Below, one piece after another: positions 1-9,532 of a stretch of DNA of 64,000 bases. Location: assembly GCA_000806015.1 (NCBI GenBank), contig JWKY01000001.1:43569-107568 (forward strand). Reading direction: 5' to 3'. The stretch comes from an archaeon GW2011_AR19. Lineage in GTDB: Archaea > Nanobdellota > Nanobdellia > Pacearchaeales > GW2011-AR1. Both the position numbers and the translations under genes were made by a program. Below the pieces are notes generated by a model. That model saw nothing but the letters and a program-made list of their open reading frames with translations. It searched no databases and had not been told where the DNA came from. Position 1 is the stretch's first letter. The number at the start of each line of letters is the position of its first letter.

Positions 1-190
1 AAGACATCCCAATTGCTAAACCAACCATTAAATTTTCTGCTACAGGAGTTTCAATGCATTTTTCTTTAGGAACATCTTTTAAAGTGCCATAAGCTCTTGA
101 ACCACGATTTACGTTATATCCTAAAAATCTTACTTTGTCCAATTTTGCAAGTTCTTCCATAGATTTTTTTATTGCATCTTTGTATTTCAT
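1..190 (-). CDS. TPP-dependent E1 beta-like / transketolase C-terminal-like subunit (5' part only; gene runs off window)
   Basis: The minus-strand ATG is at 188-190. Translation is MKYKDAIKKSMEELAKLDKVRFLGYNVNRGSRAYGTLKDVPKEKCIETPVAENLMVGLAIGMS. It resembles the N-terminus of pyruvate-dehydrogenase E1 beta / transketolase pyrimidine-binding domain (TPxxE..GxAiG pattern). It sits immediately downstream of the E1-alpha-like gene on the same strand. Confidence 0.5.
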   Translation of the reverse strand, partial: MKYKDAIKKSMEELAKLDKVRFLGYNVNRGSRAYGTLKDVPKEKCIETPVAENLMVGLAIGMS

Positions 191-214
191 TGTGTTAATT
201 ATTTATTTCTCATC

Positions 215-838
215 TTAAAATGAATTTTTAATTTTAGTTCCTGAAAAATTTACAAATTTTTCTGTTCCAACATGCAAAGAAGTTGATTTATATGAATATC
301 TATACACGCATTTTGGCCATTTCATTTCTGATTTCCCATATCTTTCTGATTTTGGGGTTTCAACAGATCTATTATTGTCTTCAACTATAAACGTGCAAGG
401 CAAATCCCATCCATCAACATATCTCACTGCTTCGTAAAAATGTCCTTCGTCTTCTACACCATCACCTCCAAAGCACCAAACTTTTCTTTTACTGCATTGA
501 TGTTTTAATGCATATGCAACTCCTGCAGCAATGCAAGGAACTCCAGCAACAATAGCTGAAGTTAAAAAATTAATTTCTTTGTCAAAAACATACATGCTAT
601 CTCCTCTTAAAATCATTTTTTCAAGTTTTTCAGGAGAGCCGCCCTTAAGCAAATAATGATAATGAGAACGATGAGTTGAAAAAACATAATCTTCAGGATT
701 AATTTTTTTAAAAATTTCAATTAAATGCTCTTCATTTCCACCAGAAAAATGTACGGGGTAGGGAATTTTTGCGGCTTCCCATAATATTTTTATTTTATTT
801 TCAAAATCAATTAATTTTTCCTTTGTTATTTTTTCCAT
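215..838 (-). CDS. TPP-dependent dehydrogenase E1 alpha-like subunit (short, 207 aa)
   Basis: It has the TPP-binding GDG...NN motif (CFGGDGVEDEGHFYEAVRYVDGWDLPCTFIVEDNNRSV). It also has an E1-alpha-like YRxHxxxLxxG segment (THRSHYHYLLKGG) and an IVAGVPCIAAGVAYALK segment. It is much shorter than canonical E1 alpha (~320 aa). Confidence 0.55.
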   Translation of the reverse strand: MEKITKEKLIDFENKIKILWEAAKIPYPVHFSGGNEEHLIEIFKKINPEDYVFSTHRSHYHYLLKGGSPEKLEKMILRGDSMYVFDKEINFLTSAIVAGVPCIAAGVAYALKHQCSKRKVWCFGGDGVEDEGHFYEAVRYVDGWDLPCTFIVEDNNRSVETPKSERYGKSEMKWPKCVYRYSYKSTSLHVGTEKFVNFSGTKIKNSF

Positions 839-1024
839 CTTATCTCTTTTTAAGTGTAAGTTTTTAAAGATTTAGATTTTATAATCTTTATATTTTCGGA
901 TGTATTTGTTAGAAATTAAAATAATTTTTTCAAATTATTTTTACAAAATTTTAGTATATTCCGAAATATATTTTAAATTATCACAATAATCCTTTTAAAT
1001 CTCCTAATTTTTGCCTTTGATACA

Positions 1025-2122
1025 ATGAAAGTAAAATTTTCATATCTAGAAGAACAATTCAAAAATCCAGAACCAATTTTTAAAGATATAAAAAAATTAG
1101 TGAAGAGCAGTGATTTTACTCTTGGAAAAGAAGTTTTTGAGTTTGAAAAACAATTTGCTAAACTTTGTCAAACTAAATATGCAATAGGAGTAGGCACAGG
1201 AACAGACGCAATTAGGTTAAGCCTTCTTGCTTTAAATGTTGGAGCAAGAGACGAGGTTATAACTGTTCCAAATACTTTTTATTCTACTGCTGAAGCAATT
1301 GCAACTACGGGAGCAAAGCCAGTTTTTGTTGACGCTGGCGACGACTATAATATAAATCCTAACTTAATTGAAAAGGCAATAACAAAAAAAACAAAAGTAA
1401 TTCTTCCTGTTCATCTTTATGGTTGTCCAGCTAAGATGCCCGAAATTATAAAAATTGCTAATAAACATAATCTTTTAGTTATTGAAGATGCTTGTCAGGC
1501 AATAAATTCTGCAATAAATAAAAAGAAAGTCGGCTCTTTTGGAATTACTGGATGTTTTAGTCTTCATCCGTTAAAGGGAATTAATGTCTGGGGTGATGGC
1601 GGAATTATTACAACAAATTCTCAAATTGTTAGAGACGAACTATATATGCTTAGAAATAATGGTCTTAAAAATAGGAATGAATGCGCAAGATATTCTTATA
1701 ACTGCAGACTTGATACACTGCAAGCAATTGTTGCTCTTCATGTAATAAAAGATATTGATTGGATAACTAATAAAAGAATTGAAAATGCAAAATTTTATGA
1801 CAAAGAACTTTCAAAATTTTCTCAAATAACAATTCCAGAAAGAGCGAAAGATGTAAAACAAGTTTATCATACTTATGTTGTAAAAGCAAAAAACAGAGAC
1901 GAACTTTATAATTTTTTATTAAAAAATAAAATTGAAGCAAAAATTCATTACCCTATTCCACTGCATTTGCAGGAAGCAAGCAAATACCTTAATTACAAAA
2001 GAGGAGATTTTCCAAAAACAGAAGAACAGGTAAAATCAATAATAACGCTTCCAGCCCATCAGCATTTAAAAAAAGGGCAGTTAGAATATGTTGTTAAAAA
2101 GATAAAGGAATTCTACAAATGA
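1025..2122 (+). CDS. DegT/DnrJ/EryC1/StrS-family PLP-dependent sugar aminotransferase
   Basis: Aspartate aminotransferase fold type I sugar aminotransferase signatures: GTDAIRLSLLA and the Schiff-base lysine context CFSLHPLKGIN. Length is 365 aa. The stop overlaps the next start (ATGA). Confidence 0.85.
   Translation: MKVKFSYLEEQFKNPEPIFKDIKKLVKSSDFTLGKEVFEFEKQFAKLCQTKYAIGVGTGTDAIRLSLLALNVGARDEVITVPNTFYSTAEAIATTGAKPVFVDAGDDYNINPNLIEKAITKKTKVILPVHLYGCPAKMPEIIKIANKHNLLVIEDACQAINSAINKKKVGSFGITGCFSLHPLKGINVWGDGGIITTNSQIVRDELYMLRNNGLKNRNECARYSYNCRLDTLQAIVALHVIKDIDWITNKRIENAKFYDKELSKFSQITIPERAKDVKQVYHTYVVKAKNRDELYNFLLKNKIEAKIHYPIPLHLQEASKYLNYKRGDFPKTEEQVKSIITLPAHQHLKKGQLEYVVKKIKEFYK
1316..1397 (+). 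repeat. 82-nt block identical to 2422..2503 inside two paralogous aminotransferase genes (a 36-nt core also recurs at 14315..14350)
   Basis: Direct reading of both loci: aagccagtttttgttgacgctggcgacgactataatataaatcctaacttaattgaaaaggcaataacaaaaaaaacaaaag. Confidence 0.8.
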
Positions 2123-3222
2123 ACGAAATTTTAGTTAAATACATAAATTTTCCCCTTCAATATAAAAAAATAAAAACAGAATTGTTTAGGACTATTGAAA
2201 ATGTTTTTGAATCTGGAAATTTTATTCTTGGTTCAGAAGTAGAAAAATTTGAAAAAAATTTCGCAAAATACTGCGAAACTAAATATGCTCTCGGAGTTGG
2301 GAATGGAACAAGCGCTCTATTTTTGGCAATGAAAGCGCTCGGAATTGGAAATGGGGATGAAATCATAACAGCTTCTAATTCTTTTCTTGCAACTACCGGC
2401 GCAATAGCGGCGACAGGGGCGAAGCCAGTTTTTGTTGACGCTGGCGACGACTATAATATAAATCCTAACTTAATTGAAAAGGCAATAACAAAAAAAACAA
2501 AAGCAATAATGCCTGTTCATCTTACTGGAAGACCTGCAAGTTTAGATAAAATTTTAGAAATTGCAGATAAAAATAAAATTTATTTGATTGAAGATGCGGC
2601 TCAAGCTATTGGCGCAAAATATAATGGAAAAAAAGTTGGCTCTTTTGGAATTGCAGGTTGCTTTAGCTTGCATCCGCTTAAAAATTTGAATGCTTATGGA
2701 GATGGTGGAGTAATAACTGTTAAAGATAAACAACTTTATGAAAATCTAAAAAAAATGCGCAATCATGGTCTCAAAAATAGGGACGAATGTGATTTTTTTG
2801 CTTTCAATTCAAGACTGGATGAGTTGCAGGCATCAATACTAAATGTGAAAATGAAATATTTAGACAAATGGACAAAAAAGAAGCGTGAAATAGCATCTTT
2901 TTATCAAAAAAAACTTTCTAATATTGTAAAAGTTCCTCTCGATAAATCAAATGAATACGCAGTCTATCACACATTTATAATTCAGGTAAATAAAAGAGAT
3001 AAATTACAAAAGTTTTTGCTGCAAAAAGGAATTGAAACAAAAATTCATTATCCTATTCCAATTCATTTACAGAGAGCTGCTCAATATCTTGGTTATAAAA
3101 AAGGAGATTTTCCAAAAGCAGAAAAGCAAGCTGAAAAAATATTAAGTTTGCCAATATATCCGGAACTTAAAGAAGAGCAATTAGAACTTGTTGTAAAAGA
3201 GATAAGAAATTTTTATTCTTAA
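2119..3222 (+). CDS. DegT-family PLP-dependent sugar aminotransferase (tandem paralog)
   Basis: Same family (GNGTSALFLAMKALG; CFSLHPLKNLN). It shares an 82-nt perfectly identical block with the upstream paralog (2422..2503 = 1316..1397). Confidence 0.85.
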   Translation: MNEILVKYINFPLQYKKIKTELFRTIENVFESGNFILGSEVEKFEKNFAKYCETKYALGVGNGTSALFLAMKALGIGNGDEIITASNSFLATTGAIAATGAKPVFVDAGDDYNINPNLIEKAITKKTKAIMPVHLTGRPASLDKILEIADKNKIYLIEDAAQAIGAKYNGKKVGSFGIAGCFSLHPLKNLNAYGDGGVITVKDKQLYENLKKMRNHGLKNRDECDFFAFNSRLDELQASILNVKMKYLDKWTKKKREIASFYQKKLSNIVKVPLDKSNEYAVYHTFIIQVNKRDKLQKFLLQKGIETKIHYPIPIHLQRAAQYLGYKKGDFPKAEKQAEKILSLPIYPELKEEQLELVVKEIRNFYS

Positions 3223-4487
3223 ATAAAATTAACATGCATCGGAATCTTTTCTCCAGAAACATCTGGAAGAGGGATATTTTTTTCTGCAAGATCAAACAAA
3301 ACTTCATTTACTTTATCCTGTAAACACAATGTTCCGCATCTTTTTCTAGGATCAAATTTGTCTGAGCCTAAATAGCCCATAACTTTCCAGTATCTATCAC
3401 TTGCCCAAATGTCTTTAAATCTTTGTTGAGCAAAATTACCAATATGGAAATTTTTATAATCTGTGTGAAAAAACATTCCGCATGGCGCCACAAGGCAGGT
3501 GCCTGATGTTTGCAATAAAACTGGAGGTCCAAAACATTTTGAATATTTTCTATCTCTGCCTGTTCTGATTTTTGACCATTTTGCCTGCACTGAATAATCT
3601 TTTGTTGAAAGCGCTTCTGCTATTTTTAAAAGCCCTAAAGCTTCTGGAGTTTTGTACCAGTTATAATCAACTCCAAGTCTGCCGTTTTCATCGTCGCTGC
3701 AGTGTTTTATAATAGTATAGTCAATTTCAGTATCTCTTCCAAGAAGAGCTAAAGGAATAATTTGGTCTGCGCATTCTGGGAGCAAAACCATTTGCGCTCC
3801 TATTGTTACATCAAAATTATTTTCTTTTTTTATTTTGACGCATTCTTTCATTGTATCTATTACTTTATGGAAATTTTTTTCATTAGTTCCCATAATTTTT
3901 GCATATGCTTCAGGTTCTCCCGCAGAAATATTAAAGCGAAGATATGTTAATTCAGAGAGCAACTCTTCAAGTTTTTCACGCTTTAATGCCTGCCCATTAG
4001 TTCCAGATGCCATGTCAAAACCATTTTGTTTTCCTTTTTTAACAAAATCATAAAAATAAGGATTTAAAGTGCTTTCGCCGTCGCTGACAAGACTTATTGC
4101 TTTTACTCCTTCTCCAGGTTTGTGTCCTATTTTAACGCAATCATCAAGAAAATTAGAATAAACCTCCCAGGTCGTTGGTGAATCTGGATTGAACTGCAAA
4201 CCAGCATAACAATAAGTGCAGGCATACTGGCATTTCTGAGTAAGCGCCATATCAATGGTAATAGGCGCGATTTTTTCTCCTCTAAACCAGGCATCTACTC
4301 TTTCTTTATGAAAAGCTATTTTTGTTGTATCAAGATGAAATTTTTCTCTCGGATCTATCTCAAAATTTAGCAGAGGTTTTATGCGTTGAATATCGCTTTT
4401 TATTTTTTCCCAGTTTGTACTATGATTAGAACCATTATTGCTTATTTTGTTTTTTCCTTCAAGCAATTGAGATATTATTTCTTCCAT
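3219..4487 (-). CDS. radical SAM enzyme with Cys-rich C-terminal (SPASM/twitch-like) region
   Basis: Cx3Cx2C motif in TQKCQYACTYCYAG. Several additional C-terminal cysteines (CFGPP...CLVAPCGMF...CGTLCLQD). Confidence 0.7.
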   Translation of the reverse strand: MEEIISQLLEGKNKISNNGSNHSTNWEKIKSDIQRIKPLLNFEIDPREKFHLDTTKIAFHKERVDAWFRGEKIAPITIDMALTQKCQYACTYCYAGLQFNPDSPTTWEVYSNFLDDCVKIGHKPGEGVKAISLVSDGESTLNPYFYDFVKKGKQNGFDMASGTNGQALKREKLEELLSELTYLRFNISAGEPEAYAKIMGTNEKNFHKVIDTMKECVKIKKENNFDVTIGAQMVLLPECADQIIPLALLGRDTEIDYTIIKHCSDDENGRLGVDYNWYKTPEALGLLKIAEALSTKDYSVQAKWSKIRTGRDRKYSKCFGPPVLLQTSGTCLVAPCGMFFHTDYKNFHIGNFAQQRFKDIWASDRYWKVMGYLGSDKFDPRKRCGTLCLQDKVNEVLFDLAEKNIPLPDVSGEKIPMHVNFI

Positions 4488-4551
4488 TTTATAATTAAAG
4501 TGTATAATCAGAAATAATAAACTATAAAAACTTATTGGTTATCAAATTTTT

Positions 4552-4893
4552 ATGAGACAAATTCCAAACATTTTAGAAAATACTGGCATAAGCAGAGATT
4601 ACATTTTGGCATTTGGCAGTATAGATAATTATATCAGAAGAATAGAAAAAAAAGAAGGACTAAGATGGATAAGGTTGGCTGAAAATGCATATTTTAATCG
4701 ACCAATTCTTAAATATGAAGAATATTTTAATCATTCAGAATATGAACAAGTTATTACAGATAAAAATCATGAAAAAATAAAAAATCTTGATGAACTTGTG
4801 GAAGAAATAAACAAAATGAGGGAAAATAAACAAAAAGATTATGAAAAACTTTCTGTATTATGGAAAAAAGCAAAAAAAATTATTTTTAGCTAA
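4552..4893 (+). CDS. hypothetical protein (113 aa)
   Basis: ORF only; Lys/Glu-rich C-terminus; no recognisable motif. Confidence 0.3.
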   Translation: MRQIPNILENTGISRDYILAFGSIDNYIRRIEKKEGLRWIRLAENAYFNRPILKYEEYFNHSEYEQVITDKNHEKIKNLDELVEEINKMRENKQKDYEKLSVLWKKAKKIIFS

Positions 4894-4954
4894 GCGCAAA
4901 AAATTTTAGAGGATAGAATTTGATTATTTTTTTTATTTAAATGTATGAAAATTT

Positions 4955-5953
4955 TTATTTTAAATTCACTTGCTGCATAAGTTTAATATTATGATATAAT
5001 GGATTAGACAAACCTTCTTTTATCAAGCTATTATTATATACCTCAACAAGACTTTGCACAGCATTTTCTAATGTATATTTTGGTTCAAAATTCAAAATGC
5101 GTTTCATTTTATCAGAATTAATATGATAAGACCTTGTATCTGTTGTAGGAAGATATTCAAATTCAACTGAATCATCATTAATAACCTTTTTTACTATTTT
5201 AGCGATGTCTTCCACAGTTCTGTTTTGGTATCCGATATTAAAGATTTCTCTGTTAATTTTTTTTCCTGGCGCTTCCAAAAGAATTTCATACGCCTGCGCC
5301 ATATCTTTTATATTTATGTTTGGTCTAAGCTGTTTTCCTCCAAAAATTTTTATTTTCTTATTTATCAGAGCATTCATAGTTAGTATATTCACAGTTAAAT
5401 CTATTCTCAAGCGCGGAGCATAACCGCATACTGTTGCAGGTCTTGCTATAATATATTCTAAGCCATTGAGATTTGAGTTTGATAAAACTTTTTCACATTC
5501 AAGTTTGTATTTTGAATAATCTGTTAAAGGTTCAGGAAAAGTTTCTTCTGTAACATTTTTTTCTTTTTTAACTCCATAAACACTGGAAGAGCTGGCATAA
5601 ATAATTCTTTTAACATTATTTTTTTTTGCAGCTTCTAAAATATTGAAAAAAGCATCATAGTTTATAGATTTTCCAAGCGCAGGATTAAGTTCATAGCTTG
5701 GATCATTTGAAATGCATGCTAAATGTATAATTGCGTCGGCATTTTTCGCAGATTCTATTAATTTTTTTTTGTTCCTGATATCTCCTTTTATTTGATTTAA
5801 ATTTGGATTGCTTTTTAAATTAGAAAAAATATCTCCATACAAATATAAATCATAAACAGAAACATTATAATTTTTTTTCAATAGAGCTGGAACTAAGGCG
5901 CTGCCAACATAACCAGCCCCACCAGTAATAAAAATATTTTTGAATTGTGTCAT
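4955..5953 (-). CDS. NAD-dependent NDP-sugar epimerase/dehydratase (extended SDR)
   Basis: N-terminal Rossmann motif ITGGAGYVGSALV. 332 aa with an YxxxK-type catalytic region (YSKYK). Confidence 0.8.
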   Translation of the reverse strand: MTQFKNIFITGGAGYVGSALVPALLKKNYNVSVYDLYLYGDIFSNLKSNPNLNQIKGDIRNKKKLIESAKNADAIIHLACISNDPSYELNPALGKSINYDAFFNILEAAKKNNVKRIIYASSSSVYGVKKEKNVTEETFPEPLTDYSKYKLECEKVLSNSNLNGLEYIIARPATVCGYAPRLRIDLTVNILTMNALINKKIKIFGGKQLRPNINIKDMAQAYEILLEAPGKKINREIFNIGYQNRTVEDIAKIVKKVINDDSVEFEYLPTTDTRSYHINSDKMKRILNFEPKYTLENAVQSLVEVYNNSLIKEGLSNPLYHNIKLMQQVNLK

Positions 5954-5954
5954 T

Positions 5955-7481
5955 TTACCAGCTCATCAGAGATTTAATATATTTATAAAGCGCAATTTTT
6001 TCTATAGATTCTTTATTTCCTATTGTTTTTACTTTCAAAGCGCCAATAGCATTTCCAATAAAACCTACAATTTCCATAGGAACGTTTAAAGCTACGAGAG
6101 GGGAAGTTATAGAAAGAAAAGCATCTCCGGCGCCCATTGTATCAACAACATGGTTTGAAAAAGCAGGTATTTTTTTTATGCTGTTTGAAGAAAAAATTAT
6201 GCAGCCCTGAGAACCCCGAGTAACAAGAATTTTATCACAAGAAACTCTTTTTGCTGCAATTGGAAGAAGTTCCGAGATTTCATCTTTTTTATTTAGGCAC
6301 TCCAGACGCAATTCACGTTCATCAAGACAAATATAATCTGCTTTGGAATATTTGGAAATAACATTATAGCCCATATTTCCTGCGTTTACTTGAGTATTAA
6401 CTGCAAGAAATTTTGATTTTTTTGTAATTAAATCAATTAATTCATTATTTAACATTCCATGTCCAAAATCTGCAACAATAATTACATCATAATCCGGGAG
6501 TATTTCATCTAAATGAAGATATAATTCTTTTGCCTGATCGTAATCAAGGTGGTTATCATTAAATTCATAAAATTCTAAGAGTTTTCTAAAATCTGGAACT
6601 TCTTCAATAAATCTTCTTTTGACAATGGTTGGAGAATCTTTTTTATGATGAAAAAGTCTTTTTATTTTTTTATTTAAATTATCTTCAATAAAATTTTCTT
6701 GAATATCTCTCTCTCCCAGCAATGTAAAAAGAGCTACATTCTCGCAGAAATCCGCTAAATGATTTGCTATTGCGAGAGTGCCGCCGGCAAATTTTTCTGT
6801 ATTTAGATATTTTAGCGCAAGAATAGGTTCTTTGCCCGCTTTTCCTATAGATTTGCCATAGCAATATTCATCTATGATTGCTTCGCCAATAACTAATATT
6901 TTTAAATTTTTTATTTGCTCAAGATAGCCTATTACTTCTTTTTGGCTGTATTTTTTAGAAAGTTCAATAAGAAAATTTTCAGATTCTTTTGTAAAAATAT
7001 TCATGTAGCGATTGATAAGCGCTGAAGAGCTGAAAACTAAATCATCAGTAAATTTTAACTGCCCCCCAACTTCTTTTATCGCGTTTTCTTCTTCAATTAT
7101 GCCCCGAGAATAATCATTTTCAATATTTTTATATTCTATCCCTTTAACATAGAAATCTGGTTTGAGAAACTTCATAGTATTTACTGCAGTTGGCCATTTA
7201 TTTAGAGCAACATAATCAATGATATCAAGAGAAGCAAGCACTTCCATTCTGATATTTTGATGAAATATCGGGTTATGTGGTCCTTTTTTTACATATTCAT
7301 CAGGAGTTAAAGTAACAATAAGTATGTCTCCGTATTTTTTTGCTTGTTCAAAATGTCTAATATGGCCTATATGCAATAAATCAAAAACGCCATGGCAATA
7401 CACAATTTTTTTCCCTCCTGTTTTTAAATTTGAAATTATATTTTGTAACTCTTCCAAATTTACTAATTTGTTGTTTTTCAT
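5955..7481 (-). CDS. hldE: bifunctional heptose-1-phosphate adenylyltransferase / heptose-7-phosphate kinase (HldE/RfaE-like, domains in reversed order)
   Basis: The N-terminal is a cytidylyl/adenylyltransferase domain with an HxGH motif (VYCHGVFDLLHIGHIRHFEQAKKYGDILIV; KGPHNP). The C-terminal is a pfkB/ribokinase domain with the RfaE-domain-I-like start ILVIGEAIIDEYCYG and the DTxGAGD motif (VVDTMGAGDAF). Confidence 0.7.
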   Translation of the reverse strand: MKNNKLVNLEELQNIISNLKTGGKKIVYCHGVFDLLHIGHIRHFEQAKKYGDILIVTLTPDEYVKKGPHNPIFHQNIRMEVLASLDIIDYVALNKWPTAVNTMKFLKPDFYVKGIEYKNIENDYSRGIIEEENAIKEVGGQLKFTDDLVFSSSALINRYMNIFTKESENFLIELSKKYSQKEVIGYLEQIKNLKILVIGEAIIDEYCYGKSIGKAGKEPILALKYLNTEKFAGGTLAIANHLADFCENVALFTLLGERDIQENFIEDNLNKKIKRLFHHKKDSPTIVKRRFIEEVPDFRKLLEFYEFNDNHLDYDQAKELYLHLDEILPDYDVIIVADFGHGMLNNELIDLITKKSKFLAVNTQVNAGNMGYNVISKYSKADYICLDERELRLECLNKKDEISELLPIAAKRVSCDKILVTRGSQGCIIFSSNSIKKIPAFSNHVVDTMGAGDAFLSITSPLVALNVPMEIVGFIGNAIGALKVKTIGNKESIEKIALYKYIKSLMSW

Positions 7482-7530
7482 TTGGCAAATTTTCTGTTTG
7501 ACGAATGCGTCAAAAATTTTTGTTCTATTT

Positions 7531-8541
7531 TCATTTTTTGTCTAAATATTTAAACCAATCTTTTGTTGCTTTAGATATAGATTTTTCATTCCAAACAGGA
7601 GCGGTTTTCCAATAATTTATATTGTTGAGCATTATTTTAACTCCTTCTTCTAAACTAATCTTTGGCTGCCAGCCTATTTTTTTCTTTATTTGTGTTATAT
7701 CTGCTAAAGTTTTATCTGGCTCTCCAGGTCGTTTAGGGATATAAATCTTTTTTTCTCCGCCTAAAAGATTTGCTAATTTATTTATACTTTGATCTTCTCC
7801 AGAACCAATATTAAAAATCTCTCCTTTCAAATCTGATTTTGCTGACAGAACATAAGCTTTTACTACATCGCTGACAAATACAAAATCTCTTGTTTGATTT
7901 CCATCTCCGACTATTGTAAAAGGTTTTTCTGAGATTTTCTGGGCTAAAAAAACTCCAAATACTGCGCCATATGCTCCTGAAGTTCTGGATCTTGGACCAT
8001 AAACATTAAACATTCTTAAAGATAAAGAAGGCAAGCCATAAATTTTATTCCAATGCATTACATATTGTTCAGCTAAATATTTTGTAAGCGCATAAGGATA
8101 TTGCGGATTTGTCGACGCTGTTTCTGGAGTTGGATATTTATCTGGAATGCCATAACAAGATGAAGAAGCAGCATAAACAAAACGTTTTACATTATTTATG
8201 CGCGATGCCTCTAAAACCGAAATTGTTCCTTCTACATTTGAATGATGATAAGACAATGGATTTTTTATTGAAGGAACAATATCTGCAAGAGCAGCAAGAT
8301 GAAAGACATAATCTATTTTGTTAAAATATTTTTTGATATTCTTAAAATCAGCAACATCTGCATTTACAATTCTTAAATTTTTATTTTTTTTGTGTTGAAC
8401 AAGATTATCTATTCTGCCGGAAGAAAAATTATCGATAACTGTAACTTTGTAATCTTCTTTTAGCAAATAATCCACTAAATGGCTTCCTATGAATCCCGCG
8501 CCTCCCGTTACAATAGCATTTTCTAATTTTGATTTTTTCAT
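7531..8541 (-). CDS. NAD-dependent NDP-sugar epimerase/dehydratase (extended SDR)
   Basis: IVTGGAGFIGSHLVDYLL Rossmann motif; YxxxK (YALTK); 336 aa. Confidence 0.8.
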   Translation of the reverse strand: MKKSKLENAIVTGGAGFIGSHLVDYLLKEDYKVTVIDNFSSGRIDNLVQHKKNKNLRIVNADVADFKNIKKYFNKIDYVFHLAALADIVPSIKNPLSYHHSNVEGTISVLEASRINNVKRFVYAASSSCYGIPDKYPTPETASTNPQYPYALTKYLAEQYVMHWNKIYGLPSLSLRMFNVYGPRSRTSGAYGAVFGVFLAQKISEKPFTIVGDGNQTRDFVFVSDVVKAYVLSAKSDLKGEIFNIGSGEDQSINKLANLLGGEKKIYIPKRPGEPDKTLADITQIKKKIGWQPKISLEEGVKIMLNNINYWKTAPVWNEKSISKATKDWFKYLDKK

Positions 8542-8603
8542 AATTTTATGATTTTGTTTCGCATTTAAATATTTGTTGATGAATAATTATCTTTAATATT
8601 AAA

Positions 8604-9170
8604 TTATTTTTTTTCAAGATATTCTATCACTTTATGGCAAATCTGCAGATGAATGTCTTCAACAATTCTGTATTCTTTTTTAGCAGTTTTGACTAAAATA
8701 TAATCATCTAATATATCTTTGGCTTTACCTCCATCAAAGCCGAGCAATCCAAAAGTGTATGCGCCGAGAGTCTTTGCAGTTTTTATTGCCTTTAAAATGT
8801 TTGGAGAATTTCCGCTTGCGCTAATAACTATTTCTAATCCCCCTTTAGATAAATAATTTATTGATTGTTGCGAAAATACTTCATCGTAGGAAAGATCATT
8901 TCCATAAGCTGTTATTGCAGCCACATCATTTAAACTCATTGCTCTGAATCTTTTTTCATTAATTGAGTTTAAATTTTTGACGGTGCTTTTGTTTAAGTCT
9001 AAACTAAAATGAGAAGCTGTTGTTGAGCTTCCTCCATTTCCCATAATTAAAATTGGTTTGCGTTTATCGCGAGCTTTTTGAAGCAATAAAACCAGTTTTT
9101 CTATTTTGGCGTTATCAACAGTTTTTTTCGCATATTCAAATTTTGAATCATACTCTTTTAAGCAGTCCAT
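8604..9170 (-). CDS. gmhA: SIS-domain phosphoheptose isomerase (GmhA-like)
   Basis: ILIMGNGGSSTTASHFSLDL matches the GNGGSxxxAxHFxxEL sedoheptulose-7-P isomerase signature. 188 aa. Confidence 0.65.
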   Translation of the reverse strand: MDCLKEYDSKFEYAKKTVDNAKIEKLVLLLQKARDKRKPILIMGNGGSSTTASHFSLDLNKSTVKNLNSINEKRFRAMSLNDVAAITAYGNDLSYDEVFSQQSINYLSKGGLEIVISASGNSPNILKAIKTAKTLGAYTFGLLGFDGGKAKDILDDYILVKTAKKEYRIVEDIHLQICHKVIEYLEKK

Positions 9171-9532
9171 TAGAATTTTAAGATATTAGCTTTTTAAAGG
9201 TTATATTTTCTTGAATTATTATGTTTTTATATACTCTTTTTCAAGATTATTAATATATTCTCCTAATTTTTTTAATTTTTCACTAGGATAAAGGTAAGGT
9301 ATTTCAAAATCCGGAACGGGATTTCTTATATATTCTGCCAAAACATCTGTTTTATATATTCCTTGATTTAATAATTGGAGATAATATTCTGAATCTGGGG
9401 TAGAAAATTTTAGCGGATTTTTGATTAAACTATCTTAATTTCATTTTCAAATTAATTTTAAGCAGGTTTTAATATATATTTTAGATTATCACGAGAATAT
9501 TTTTAAATCCTTTAATTTTTGTTGTTGATGCA

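Noticed and set aside
9171-9532. ~50-codon minus-strand open frame in the divergent intergenic region (translation ...YYLQLLNQGIYKTDVLAEYIRNPVPDFEIPYLYPSEKLKN).
   Set aside because: It has no ATG/GTG/TTG start in frame and is bounded by a stop immediately upstream. It is probably an eroded gene fragment or chance frame.
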